Source: Harriotta raleighana | Taxonomy: Eukaryota | Direction of reading: 5' to 3' | Assembly (NCBI GenBank): GCA_050575255.1 | Contig: JBNZDD010013684.1 | Location: 662,087 to 726,086 of the forward strand | Length of the DNA stretch: 64,000 bases | Shown: positions 25,892 through 38,850 of the stretch, in pieces | How positions within the stretch are numbered: position 1 is the first letter of the stretch | Layout: the number at the start of each line of letters is the position of its first letter | Position numbers and translations under genes: made by a program | The notes under the pieces: model-generated | Told to the model about the DNA's origin: nothing | The model's input: only the letters and a program-made list of their open reading frames with translations | The model's database searches: none

Positions 25892-28259
25892 GTAATAATT
25901 TAGTTACAGTTAGTATGCAGTTTAATTGAATCACCTATTTCATTTTATAATTTCAGACATTAATGGTCTCTCAAGTGAAAATAATAATAATAATAATCCT
26001 TGCATTTGATATAGCGCTTTTCACATCTTATCAATGTCTCAAAGCACTTCACAGAATATAGTGTAAAGTGAATTGACTGTATATTTGTGGGTGAAACATG
26101 GCAGCCAATTATTTCTACTTCTACTTAATGTCAGCCCTGCAGATATTATGTGACAGAAAGAAAGTACAGTAGTATTTTGCAAGATAGAAAACAAATCAGT
26201 TATCAAACATTTCTAGAATGTATGCAGTTGGCCATACAGTGAGTGAATGCTGTTTACAACAACTTGCATTGAAAAAGGCTGTTCACACGGGGTAGCATCC
26301 AGGAGAGTGCAGTGGAGAAACCTGAATCTTAATACCGTCAACATTTTACGTATCACAAGAAAACATAGATAAAAAAGATCTGTGTCCAAAGTAAAAATTA
26401 ATAATGATAGAAATAGACCCATTTCTTAGCTCTGAAAGAAAAGATTATTTTAAAGTTTCAAATTTCTTTGAAAAGAATTAGAATGATATTCTTCAGAAGT
26501 CCTTTTTATGTCTATTATCTTGGTTTTCTTGCATGGACAAACTTCTCCGCAGTCCAATAAAAAGACCATTGAAGCCTAGTTAGTTATTGTAGCTCTGTCC
26601 AGTCCATGAGGAAATGTAGTAAACATTGATTAGTCTTCTTAAATTAGATACTACATGAATAGTCAAAAGAACAGTCATCAGTTAATGTGAAAATCACATG
26701 ATGAAGCAGATGGTATTCCAGCTAAAAATATGCACATCCTTTTAGAAATTAGATGATTAAAAATATCTCACTTCATAATATTAACACCTCGTCTACAATA
26801 TGCAATTAATGTTGTAAAATTTACCACTTGTTTCTTCAGACCATGAAACAGTGATCACCAAACGACCACCAAATGGAACTCGTCTCCTTTACCACATTCA
26901 CACCAAAAGTTATTCTATTCTATACCTCACCTTCCCAGCCTGAATCTATTGCATAGATATTCCCAGAATCCTGAAGATAATGATAATCCTTGTATTTGAT
27001 ATGTTGTATTCTCAAAATATCCAAACACTTCACAATATAGCACTGCATTGGGATATCAGTCTAGACTATGAGCTTGAAGTCACCAAAACCATAACCTTCT
27101 TGCCTTGAAATCATAACCTCCTGACTCAGATGCTTTTGACTAAGATAATGAAGTAGAAACTCCAGATTGTGCACCTGTGTCCTCTTTTGTACCCCGCTCT
27201 CTTCACAGACCACATTCAGACATCAAAACAGCACAGGAATCATTGCATTCAATGGAGTATTTATTCATCTTCAGTTTGCATCAATCTCTCTATCCTCATT
27301 CATGACTTTTTCGATGCAGATCCTTATCCAATTATTTTTTAAAGTAGTTAATTAATGTATCAACTACATTTGTTGGGTGTCTGTTCTATTCTTACTTGAA
27401 GTCCGTTTGATTTAAATGTATGCTTTAATAGTTCTGCACTAACAGCCTGCTTCACCATCAAATGTCTGAACAGCATAGCCTTCAATATTTTTTCTCTTTT
27501 TGATACTTCAGAGCCCTTTTCGTTAAAGTGATGAAGCTTACATATATTATTGCAAATATCCTTTAGAGTACCTTTATTTGATTTATAGTCAGATATCCTC
27601 AAGAAACAGCATAGCATTTGGTTAGCCTTTCTTGACAACAGCTTGATGTTGGCTCTAGCAGCTGCGAGAAACAATCGTGCAAGACTCCAGCAAGGGCTTT
27701 AGTTGTCATGAGAACCAGTGTCTCACATAGGGGAATGCCATTAGAAAAGGCCATTCACCTCAGGTGCTTTTTCCAGCAGTCACACAATGGTGACGTGCTA
27801 GGATGATTTATAGATCCTGTTGTCTTGGAAACATTTGGTGAATGAATGATCAATAATCACAACCAAATTCATTTTGCTCACTTCATGAAAGATTTCTGCT
27901 TTATTTTGAACACTTTACTGCTCAAATATGTTCCTTAAATACTAAAATCTGTCCGTCAGTCTTCCTGAATGTTGTTTATCTTCATGAAAATAATCCTTAC
28001 TGTAGTTTGGATTGTCATAAAATTGTATAATATTGCAAGAGGTTCCTGATTTTTATTGCACTCTTTCAATACTTCCAGAATATTTGTAAAACAGGAACTT
28101 CCTTCCTTCCAATTAAAGAATATTTACTGCATATCTTGGCAGGGGACGATTAATGTAACATGAACATTAAATGTACATGTAGCTGATAATAGATATTGAT
28201 TAAATTAATTTAGAAAATGTAAAAATATGAATCAAAATACATTTGCAAATTTGGAATAG

Positions 28260-28705
28260 CTTGGTAATTTGCTGTGCAGACTTGGTATGGAGGGATTGAA
28301 ACAGAATGTTTCAGTGTTTTGGGGGCATAGTGGCTGAAAGCCTGGCCACAGATAGTGGAGGGGATCAGGAATATGTGGAAGGCCAGAGACAGCTGAGTGA
28401 AGCATCAGGTTTCGGAGTCGGGTGTAAGCAGGTTGGAGAGGTAGGGAGGTTCCAATTAGGGATTGATTTGTAAGCAAGTGTAACGTTCTTGAAATCAATC
28501 CACTCTATGGTGAGATGGGGATGCAGAGTTTGGTATGGGTGACGATCAGGGCAAAGGATCATTGGGTTTTTTGTCTCCCTCGCTGGCGTGTGACAAGAGG
28601 ACTGAACCACACAATATCATAGTCAGAAAGAAGTAGGTGATGGAGTTGGGGAGACCGGCAAGGAAGGTCTTGGAAAAAAACGAGGCAAGAAGTAATGAAA
28701 GCACT
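28260..28705 (-). mobile_element. Degenerate L2 fragment
   Basis: Minus-strand HLTIEWIDFKNVTLAYKSI resembles the L2 LHWLPI-RIDFKIL-LTYKA motif. Confidence 0.65.
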
Positions 28706-29009
28706 TCAATTTGAATCTTGCAGTACGTTAGTTAGTTGTAATCCCATGGTACATGTCAATTGAAAGTACACATTAGTTGTAATCGTGCAGTGTTTATTAC
28801 AAAGAACCATATATCACCTATAATTACCATGACTGAACAAAGCAATTTAATGATTCCAAAGGCAAATATTACTTGTATACTGGGTATTGATTTTTTTGTG
28901 TTACTAGCACTAACCAATGTTTTGTTTACTGCAAAAGTAATGAATAATAAAATATGCAGGCCAGTATTATTCAAATACTTCTTTCTGACTATGATATTGT
29001 GTGGTTCAG

Positions 29010-29223
29010 TCCTCCTGTCAGACGCCAGAGAGGGAGACGAGAAAGGCTAACCAGACATAGTTCTATGAGCCAAGATGAAAATTACCACCACCATCCTTAT
29101 GGACAACAACCAGCAGTAGAGGAGCCAAGAGCATTTCACCCTCCGAATGTATCGCCACGAATGCTGCACCCTGCCGCACACCCTCCGCAGCAGAATGCTG
29201 CAATGGTTGACATCCATGATCAG
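29010..29223 (+). CDS. RNF38: RNF38 exon (214 nt, phase 2 to 0): (S)PPVRRQRGRRERLTRHSSMSQDENYHHHPYGQQPAVEEPRAFHPPNVSPRMLHPAAHPPQQNAAMVDIHDQ
   Basis: ttcag|T acceptor completes the Ser codon AG|T; CAG|gttcgt donor; lies within ORF 28954-29400. Confidence 0.95.
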
Positions 29224-29527
29224 GTTCGTAGATTCAGTCAGAAACACATCTGCCTTTCCATAGGAACCAATTGTAATTTAGTTAATAAGGTCCAGGCTTC
29301 TGAAAGATCAACCATTCTTTATCCATTCATTCTTAATGAGCAGTCAAACCTATGTACACTATTTGGAATTTTAACTGTAGCTGAGCAAATGCTCGTTTAA
29401 CAACAATGGCCACAGATTGCACTTATATGTTGCTTTTCACATCAGGAGGATGTCTGAAGGTGCAGGACAGTCAAGAGTTTACACGAGGTGGAGGGGGTCA
29501 AAGAGGATCAAAGATGTGGTTAATTCT

Positions 29528-30562
29528 ATTTTCAACATCTATATGCTCCCACTTGGTGACATCATCCACAGACATGGAGTTAACTTCCACATGTATACGG
29601 ATGACACCCAACTCTATTTCTCTGCCTCTACCCTCGACTCCAGGTCTATCACAGTCCTGACAGACTGTCTGTCAGACATCAAGCCCTGGATGAGCACTAA
29701 CATTCTACAGTTGAATGTCAACAAGACTGAGGTCCTGCTGATTGGCTTGCGCTAGTGCCTTCTTGCATCAGGCGCTGGGTGCATCAACCTCCATGGTTGC
29801 ACACTCAACCTCACCAAGCCAGTCAGGAACCCTGGTGCCTTGTTCGACCCTCAACTGCCTTTCCTCCCCCACATTCCAATCAATGACTCGTTCTACCTTT
29901 CCCCACCTCCGCAACATTTCCCGACTCTGCCACTACCTCACCCCCAAAGTCACTGAAACCTTTATCCACGCCTTCATTACATCCCAGCTTAATTATACAA
30001 ATGCCTCGCTGGTCAGCCTTCCCAATTCCTCCCTCCACGGGCTGCAGATAATCCAGAACTCTGGGGCCTGTGTCCTATACCATTCCAAACTCCGTGACCC
30101 CATCTCCCTCATCCTTGCCTGACTCCATTGGTTCCTCATCATCCAGAGGATCCAATTCAAGATCCTGGCCCTCACATTTAAAGCCCTCCGCAACCTCACC
30201 CCACAGTTTCTCTGTGGTCTCCTATCCCCTTACCAACCTGCCCGCCCCCTCCGTTGAGCAGGCTCTGGCCTCCTCCACGTCCCAGAGGAGCCACCCACCC
30301 AACCATTGGCGGACCAGCCACTCTGCCCCCAACCACTGGAATTCCATCCCGAAATCCCTCCGCCTTGCCCCCTCCTTGGCCTCCTTCAAGTCTCGCCTCA
30401 AGACTCTCCTCTTCGATGGACCCATCGGCAACCCTTTATCTCCAACCCCATGCCCCTACCCCTGTCCTCAACTCAGATCTGAAGCAGTAACTGTCCAGCG
30501 CCTTGGGACATCCTCTTGTCGTGAAAGGTGCTGTACAAATATAATTTTGTTGTTGTTGTTAT
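29528..30562 (+). mobile_element. L2 LINE 3' 1 kb (RT YTDD motif to tail)
   Basis: [29 protein letters not shown]...LQLNVNKTEVL; FITSQLNY; WNSIP; (TTG)n tail. Confidence 0.93.
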
Positions 30563-31954
30563 TGCAGTGTTTTAATGGTTATTCGTTGTTAACAGGGTGG
30601 CTCAACCTACTATTACACAAAATGTGAATTTGGAGGTTGTGATCCTGTTATTTTGAAAGGTGAAAACTTTCTGATTTTGACGTTATTCCATCATTAAAAT
30701 AAGTTCAATACTTTAAAAGAGGTTTCTATATTTTAGCTGTAAAAGGCAACATTCTGCTTTTGTTGTCATGAATGCAGCATAGTTAGTTGCATCCTTTAGT
30801 ATGTGTGGTGTAAATTTAGTTTCTCAGGCATGGGTTCATATTGGGTGTTAAATAAAATTGATGTTGAGAGGAAGTTATACATTTAGATTCAAACTAATAG
30901 GTTGGGGGATTAGGTGAAGAAGAGGGATAAAAGCACTAATATTTCACTTGAGGAACCTGGGATTGTATCCAGACTGAAAGGACTGCCTTTTGAATTTAGG
31001 TAGTTGAAACCCATGTTCTGTGGATGAAAATTCCCAGCACAAAAATTATAGACTAGCACAAAATTGGCAGTGCTCCCTTGAGAGGTCAGAAGAGTATTTG
31101 AGGCCTCAAATCTCTCAGAGTCTTAGCCTGTTTTTTTTGAAAAAAGAGTTATCCCTTTAACTCAGTTGGTAACACTCATGTTTTAGTAAAGCATGAATGA
31201 CTCTCAGACTTTTTTGGTCAGCTGGGTGTCTTGACATATGTGAGAACCCATCAATGTGCTTAAGAGTAACCAAACCAGACTGAGATTTCCACATATGTAT
31301 GCCACTTACACTGGAAAATTCACCTGTGTCTGAAATGGATTATGCTGTCTCCCTGGATGGATGCACGCTGTTTACCTAATCCATTCAGTATTAAGCGCAG
31401 ATTGGCAAAAGCCCAGAGCCCTCACTAGATAGAGAGCAGGTACCAGAAACTCCCAGCTGATTTCCTGATGGGCAATGCAGCTCAGCATGAAATATGTGGG
31501 AGCATTGTCAACATCCTCCTGCTCACAGCTCATATATACATTGAGTAATGGTTCATGATCAAGGATTGGATATATGAAAATGTGTTTACAAAACCTGACT
31601 CCCAGCAATGGAGTTGTCTCAGCAGTTGTTGTCTCAAACCTCAGTTTCCTTATCAACTACTCAACTAACATATGTATTGCATTTATACAGCCCCTTTCAC
31701 ACAGGATAGAGTCTTAAAGCTTTCATTGTTGTGGGAGCATTTTTACAGAACATCTTGATGTTCTCACGGTCCAAATCCAAACCTGCATTGCATATTTACT
31801 CATCACTAGCTGCTTAATCTGGGTTCTTATGAGCGAAGCCTTCGCAAATAGCTGCCATGTGAAGCTGCCTCCAGGGTGTTCAGCACAAGGTCATTGTAGG
31901 CTGGAATTCTCACTGCAGCCACTTCCCTGGGATTCATAAATGAGAATAGTCATA

Positions 31955-32317
31955 AATAATAAATAATCCGTGCATTTGATATAGCGCTTTTCACGGCTTC
32001 TAGACGTCTCAAAGCACTTCACAGAATATACTGTAAAGTGAATTGACTGCATATTTTTGCACAAATCACAGCAGTCAATTGAGCACAGCTGTGTCCCACA
32101 AACAGTCATAGATTGAGTGACCAAATTATTATTGTTTTTTTAAGGGTTATTATTCCCAGAAAAGCAATCCATCAATCGACTAACAACTGAGTTCCTACTT
32201 ACTGCTTAATAAACAGAGGCAAATGGAGTAAGGAAACTTGCCCAACATTTCATCCTGCCAGGAATCGAACCAAAGTCTCTCGCTTGTGAGGCGAGCGCTC
32301 TAACCTACAGGCCTCCC
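31955..32317 (-). mobile_element. Full-length DeuSINE (long-middle subtype)
   Basis: Tail, Deu core, extra middle segment and tRNA head. Confidence 0.85.
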
Positions 32318-32404
32318 AATTTGGTACACAAAGTAACCCAAAAGCTTATTAAAATTTGTGAAAAGACCAGAATGATGTCTTGAGCAGAAAACTACAGAAA
32401 CATT

Positions 32405-32510
32405 GGAACAAAAATAAAAATCGCTGGGCAATCTCAACAGGTCAGGCAGCATCTATGGAGAAAGGACAAGTGAGTCAACATTTTGGGTCCACAACCCTTC
32501 GTCAGAACTG
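32405..32510 (-). mobile_element. Penelope-like element terminal remnant carrying a degenerate hammerhead motif
   Basis: Minus strand AGTTCTGACGAAGGGTTGTGGACCCAAAATGTTGACT...CTCCATAGATGCTGCCTGACCTGTTGAG resembles, from memory, fish and shark PLE ends. Confidence 0.65.
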
Positions 32511-33599
32511 GGGCATGTTGGGGAATGTACATGAGGAAAACATTTCATTTAGTTAGTCCCCAAATAATTAAAGAAATAAAAATGACAATACACTCCAACA
32601 GAACTTTGTCTTTTACTCCTAAAAAGAATTCTTCGTCAAATAGCTAGAGTCTGGAATATTATAAATACAGTATTTGGGTCCATAAAACCTATGTTACAAG
32701 GCTCTTCTAATAACTTGTTTTGTAGTGACTGGTGATTCTGTCGAACTCGTCAAATAATTTGCTGAGCTGTGATAAAGTTTAGCAGAAATTGTTCAAAGTT
32801 TTGAAGATGTTTTGTCTCTGTTCCAACACAATTAGAACTTTTTAACCATATCACATGGGTGTGCCAAATGTTTTTCACAGCTGCTGCTCATATGGTGTTT
32901 ACATTGTGTGAATTTGGCCAAATGTTTTTGAACAGAAGAAAAAAAGTTAGCAATAATGGTTGATACTGCTCAGGTCTACATTTCTGCCAATAGCAGATCT
33001 AGAGGGAGTTCAGAAAAAACATCTTCACAAAGAGGATGGTGAGAATGTAGTACTCGCTGCCAGAGCTGTAATTCACCCGACTAAAATAACTGTGCAAATT
33101 CTTAAATGGACAAGATTCCCCAAGTTGTTTTTTTCCTGCTGTCTATGGATGATGAATCCTGATTGTTATGTGATGGTTGAACACATGAAGAATGTTGCTG
33201 TCAGAGATGGAAAACTCCTATGTCTACCCAGGCCTCAAAATGTAACTAAACTAGTTTTCTTAAGTATTAACTGTCAGTCTATTGATGGAAGTAAGTAAGC
33301 ATTCTGTCTCCAGTGGTCCTAATTTAAATGGGTTAAGGCAGTTTAAATACTATTTCTTCTGGGCAAAAGTCCACAGTATAAAACTGCCCAAATACAATAC
33401 TGTATAAACTTGTGTAACAAGGACTGTTTTAATCTGTCCAGGACATACCATAGCACTGATTTATTTCCAAGTTCAAACTTTATGCTGGACCCAGTTCCAT
33501 AAAGGAAAAGTTTGTTGAGACACAAGAAAATCAGATTATCCACAATTCTTTACACATCAATTTTCTGCGGCTGAACATGTGCATTCCTATCTGCTCCAA

Positions 33600-34085
33600 C
33601 ATAAACAAGTTTCAAATCAGTGAAAACTCTGCCGCTCATTCTTCACCCATACCAGGCATTACGCTCCCATCAACCCAATCCTTGCCAGACTCCACTGGCT
33701 CCTTGTTGCAGAACTAATCAATTTTAAGATCCTGACTCACTTTCAAATCACTTCACGCCCTAGCACCTCCTTATCTCTCCGATCTGCTTATATCCCACTC
33801 CACTACCTGCTGCCTATGCTCAGCTACATTGGGTCGTCAGCACATCCCTTGTCCGCTCCACTATTGCCGGCCGTGCTCTCAGCCACTGTGCTCCGAATCT
33901 TTCAAACTTCCTGCCTCTATCGCACCACTTTGCCCCTCTTTGCCCTTCTTAAAAATCACATCTGACTTTTTCGACTGTGCCTTGGGTCACCTCCACTCCC
34001 TTTCTACCTCAGTGTCAACCCACATCACTGTTAAGTGCTCTGGGACGTAACTTGCATGAAGGGTGCTATATAATTGCAAGTTATT
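33600..34085 (+). mobile_element. Degenerate L2 3' fragment
   Basis: ccaatccttgccagactccactggctc...ttttaagatcctg; tail gggacgt...tgctatataattgcaag. Confidence 0.75.
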
Positions 34086-34182
34086 TTTGTAAGTCATAAA
34101 ACATTTGTTCCCTATGTTAAATAATAGAGAAAATATCAGCAAGGATGTAAGTGCTGTTAATACATCTTTGAACAATAACTAA

Positions 34183-34401
<219 letters not shown>

Positions 34402-35420
34402 TAAAATACATAAATGTAGATTGAAATCAAACTGAATGCATGGTACTGCATGCTTCCATGCTTTGTTGATCATTAAGATTTCAGAAAGCATTTTGTAACA
34501 GTGAATAATATAAAACAGTTACTGTAAGAAATTTACTACATGTAGAAAACAGCGACCAGTATTGTGCGGCAATATTAATAATATAATAATTGTTCCTCGT
34601 AGGACTTGAACTCACGGCGTCTACGATGACACTCCAATACACTACTGGGGGGAGTGAAGGGTGTTGCATTGTCGGATGAGATTATAAACCAACTTCCTGT
34701 CTGTGCTGTTCAGGCGGATGTTGTGAGATCCCATGACACTATTGGAAAAGAGTTTATTTTTCCCGGGGTCCTGACCAACAATCCCCGCAATGAATTTAGC
34801 CATTCATTCCACGGCTGTTTATGGGACATTGTTTGTGCAATTGTGCTGCCACGTTGCCCACAAATAAATACACAGTCACTGTGTATTTCATAGTAAATCC
34901 TATAAAATACTGAGATATCCTTCCAATGTGATAAGGCACTATGCCAAATGCAAGGATTATCATAACAGTTACATGTTTTTATGGTCGAAAGCTGCTGCCA
35001 GTTTCCACACAGCAAATACCCAACAAACAGCAATGAACAAATGATCAATTTTATTTAAGGAATTGTTACCCTAAACACTCGGATATAGTCCTTTCCATTT
35101 TCAAGTAGTGCCATTAGATCATTAATATTTACCTAATGTCTAACTGAACAGGCAGACAAGACTTTGGTCTGATCTCTACAGCCACTATCCAACTACCTCC
35201 TAAAACACCTGCTCTCAATTCCTCTGACTTTCACCTTCTATTTACCTTTAAAGCTTCCTGCAAAAACTACTGTTTGACCAAGCCTGAGCTAGTCACTCAC
35301 TTGACCACTGTCCCTTCTTAATGTACAGTAAAGTCTCTCGGAGATCTCTTGAATTGTTGTCCTGCATAATAGGTGCTTTATAAATTAAATGTGTTGTGTC
35401 TCAGTATACAGTTTTGCCAG

Positions 35421-35712
35421 TAGTAATAATAATAATCCTTGCATTTGATATAGCGCTTCACAGAATATACACTAAAGTGAATTGATTGAATATTTGTGGG
35501 TGAAATGCGGCAGCCAATTGCACACAGTAGTATCCCACATACAGTCGGGGATTGAGTGACTAAACTATTATTATTATTTATCTATTTTTTCTTGAGGAAT
35601 TATTATCAGGTGTGTGGAGTAAGGAAACTTGCCCAAGGTTTTGCCATGCGGAATCAAATCCAGGTATCTCGCTTGCAAGGCAAGTGCACTAACCACTGAG
35701 CTACAGGACTCC
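35421..35712 (-). mobile_element. Full-length DeuSINE
   Basis: (AAT)n tail; head ends ctaaccactgagctacaggactcc. Confidence 0.85.
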
Positions 35713-35756
35713 AATGGGCTTGTTTGAACTGTTTTATCATTGTACAGTGAAGTTTA

Positions 35757-35825
35757 AGATTTATTAGGGCACGATTCCTGTCTCATATACTCGGATATGG
35801 TATCAATTTGCACAGGCCACCTTAT
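35757..35825 (+). pseudogene. Decayed partial copy of the RNF38 exon starting at 34210 (pseudo-exon)
   Basis: 31/35 identity to 34208-34242 plus 13/13 to 34274-34286; in-frame CAG>TAG. Confidence 0.8.
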
Positions 35826-35971
35826 AGAGGCAATTATTTTTCTCTGATAGCTCAGGTCTATTTAAGCCAGTTTATGGAAGTTTATTTTCTTTGCTTAAAA
35901 TAACAAAACTCAAGTTGTTACAAGCACAGAGGTCTTAAGTAAAATTATCTTACATTTTTTTTCCCCTCCAG

Positions 35972-36142
35972 ATGCTCCAAGCATGTTCTGTTCAACATCT
36001 ACCAGTTCCTTATGCTGCATTTCCTCCACTTATCTCAAGTGATCCGTTTATATTACATCCTCCTCATCTGTCGCCACACCATCACCCCCATGTGCCTCCA
36101 CCAGGTCAATTTGTCCCTTTCCAGACACAGCAATCACGATCG
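35972..36142 (+). CDS. RNF38: RNF38 exon (171 nt, phase 0 to 0): MLQACSVQHLPVPYAAFPPLISSDPFILHPPHLSPHHHPHVPPPGQFVPFQTQQSRS
   Basis: ttttttttcccctccag acceptor; TCG|gtaagt donor; Pro/His-rich RNF38 segment. Confidence 0.96.
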
Positions 36143-36247
36143 GTAAGTAATATTCTTATCATCAGTGGCATTGTACAGTCTTGTAAAAAAAAATGCAAAA
36201 CTTAATTGAGAAGCTATGCTATATGGTTCTATAACCAGCAGTTATTA

Positions 36248-37315
36248 CAGTAAAACCTAGTTTATCCAGCACTCACGGGACCTGGCCAGTGGCGTTTAAA
36301 CCGTTTTTCAGGTTGAATGGATTTTTAAACATTTAAAAAAAAATATTTTAACACATACCATATTAATAATAGACTAAATAATAACAGAATATTCTATTAG
36401 TACCTTATTATTTATACTTAACTTCGCAATCGCAGTACTGGTTCGACGGAGTTAAACAAAACGCGACTTTAAAAAGCAACGAGTTTAGACCTAACGGCCA
36501 GCACACACAGACAGACACACATAGACACACACCCTCAAAGATATTCAGTCTGAATCCATCATATAAATTCTGTCCCACTTCTCCCTTTCCTCTCACTCCC
36601 TCTCTCTCTGTATGGACCTACCTGAATCACTCTCTCTCTCTCTCGCTCCATTATGCTTTCCCCCATCTCAGTGTCAGAGAGAGAGACTGAGAGAGAGATA
36701 CTATGATTGGGAGAGAGAGAGAGACAGAGAGAGAGACTGTGATTGGGGGAAAGAGAGAGATTGTGATTGNTCAGTCTGAATCCATCATATAAATTCTGTC
36801 CCACTTCTCCCTTTCCTCTCACTCCCTCTCTCTCTGTATGGACCTACCTGAATCACTCTCTCTCTCTCTCGCTCCATTATGCTTTCCCCCATCTCAGTGT
36901 CAGAGAGAGAGACTGAGAGAGAGATACTATGATTGGGAGAGAGAGAGAGACTGTGATTGGGGGAAAGAGAGAGAGACTTGAGAGAGAGATTGTGATTGGG
37001 GGGAGAGAGAGAGAGACTGAGAGAGAGACTGTGATTGCGGGAGAGTGAATGTGAGAGAGAGAGAGAGACATGATTGGGGAAGAGAGTGTGTGAGAGAGAG
37101 ACTGTAATTGGGGGGGAGAGAGAGAGACATTTTTAAAATATATTAGAGCCTATGCTCCAAGGGAACGAGGTAAAACCGCGACTTTTAAAAGGACCCGGAA
37201 CGAGTTTAGACCCGACATTAAACGCGTCACCGGATAACTTCCGGTTAATCGAATCGGAACCTTTTTTTTTGAGATGGCGGTTGAACGGGTTTTCCAGATA
37301 AACGAGGTTTTACTG
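36248..37315. mobile_element. MITE of the CAGTAAAAC-TIR family, inverted relative to the 17075 copy, with GA-rich satellite cargo
   Basis: TA|CAGTAAAACCTAGTTTATCC...GATAAACGAGGTTTTACTG|TA. Its length is probably inflated by an assembly duplication around N36770. Confidence 0.88.
36575..37128. repeat. CT/GA microsatellite and (GA)n-CTGTGATTGGG minisatellite
   Basis: Directly visible low-complexity array. Confidence 0.9.
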
Positions 37316-37829
37316 TATATAATCAGTTGAAATTTTTAGTTTTCATTTAGCTGCCATTTTTAGATTTGAATTGTTTTTGGTAATTCTATAAAATCATAAA
37401 ATCATTGTGTTACATTTAAAGGTTTCTTAATAGATCAAGCAAATCCATTAAAGGAGATTTCAAGTATGAACCTACGATTCAAAAAGTTTATGGAAATTTT
37501 CTTGAATAGCAGAGTCAACATCACGCTGACCTGCTTAACCAAAAGCATGATGCACCTATTCCTGGTTCTTCTGTCCCAAAAAAAATCTTGTCTAAGTTAG
37601 ATGCAGTTATCGATATTGGCTTTCAAGAGGAAACCAGATTTAATTTGCAGGGGTGAGAGGAGAAGCTGGGTAAATGAAATTGAATTCAACAAGCACAGGC
37701 ATGATGATCTGAATCCTCTTCAGTATTGCCAATTTCTGTTATGATTCAGTCTCTAGCAGAAGATGGGAGTTATTCTAACCTGAATCAATCTTTAGCCAAT
37801 TATAACATCAGATAGGTACAAAGAAATCC

Positions 37830-38575
37830 AACAACAACAACAAAATTGCATTTATAGAGCGCGTTTAACGTCAGGAGGACGTCCCAAGGCGCTGGACAGT
37901 TGGTTTAAGACCCGAGCAGGGGGAAATGTTCAGGGCGAGTGGGGCGGGGGAGGATGGGAGCAAGGAGTGGGTAGAGAGTCGAGAGGGGAGCTGAAGGCAC
38001 GGTCGATGAGAAAGGTCTTGAGACCGGCCTTGAAAGAGGAAAGGGAGGAAGCGAGGCGAAGGCACTGGGGGATGGAGTTCCAGAGCCTAGGGGCTGAGCG
38101 GCTAAAAGCCCGGCCGGCGATGGTAGGACGGTTAGGGCAGGGGATGTGGAGCAGACCAGAGCNTGAATGGCCTTGTAGGTGAGGATGAGGATCTTGAAGT
38201 CGATCCTCTGGGGGATGGGGAGCCAGTGGAGACGGGCGAGGGTGGGAGTGATGTGATCTCGAAGCCTGGTGCGGGAGAGTACACGAGCTGCAGAGTTCTG
38301 GATGACCTGCAGCTTGTGGATGGAGGAGCCGGGAAGGCCCACGAGGAGAGAGTTCCCATAGTCCAGCCTTGAGGTGATGAAGGCGTGGACTAGTATTTCA
38401 GCAGCATGAGGGGTGAGGCAGTGTCGTAGCCTGGCGATGTTCCGGAGGTGGTGGAAAGCAGTGCCAGTTGTGGCGCGGATGTGGGGGAGAAAGGACATCT
38501 TAGGGTCAAATAGACTGGCTTTGCGAGATGGAGAGTGCAGCCTTGGATGCTGATGCTGTCAGCACCCAATCCATT
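37830..38575 (-). mobile_element. Young L2 3' fragment
   Basis: ORF 37905-38498 (-): [19 protein letters not shown]...[21 protein letters not shown]; (CAA)n at 37830; single N at 38163. Confidence 0.93.
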
Positions 38576-38680
38576 GCAAAAGCCTTGTTTGGGATCTATA
38601 AAATTCCAACTCAAAGCAACCTACACTATAATGAGACTGAGACTTGGCTGTTTGAATGGATGGGGGAGTTTAAAAAACTA

Positions 38681-38850
38681 CAGTAAAACCTTGTTTATCC
38701 GGAACCCAATCAACCAGCATACTCAACCAACCGATATCTCCCAATACAAATTCCAGCAACCGGATCTCATAACGTAGCCATCCTGGACACTCGCGGTTTG
38801 CTCACTGTGTCGGTCAGGTCCCAAGGGTGCCGGAAAACAAAGTTTTACTG
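38681..38850. mobile_element. Minimal MITE of the CAGTAAAAC-TIR family, 170 bp
   Basis: TA|CAGTAAAACCTTGTTTATCCGG...CCGGAAAACAAAGTTTTACTG|TA. Confidence 0.88.

Noticed and set aside
28954-29400. 148-aa ORF as a standalone gene
   Set aside because: It is the RNF38 exon with read-through into intron on both sides; the same applies to ORFs 34204-34404 and 35972-36205.
36545-36960. Near-exact tandem duplication of about 190-220 nt (twin ORFs MRGKGEVGQNLYDGFRL)
   Set aside because: The copies are separated by a single N (36770) in a microsatellite, so this is most likely an unmerged contig overlap.
38160-38170. Apparent internal deletion in the young L2
   Set aside because: Coincides with a single N, so probably a collapsed assembly gap.
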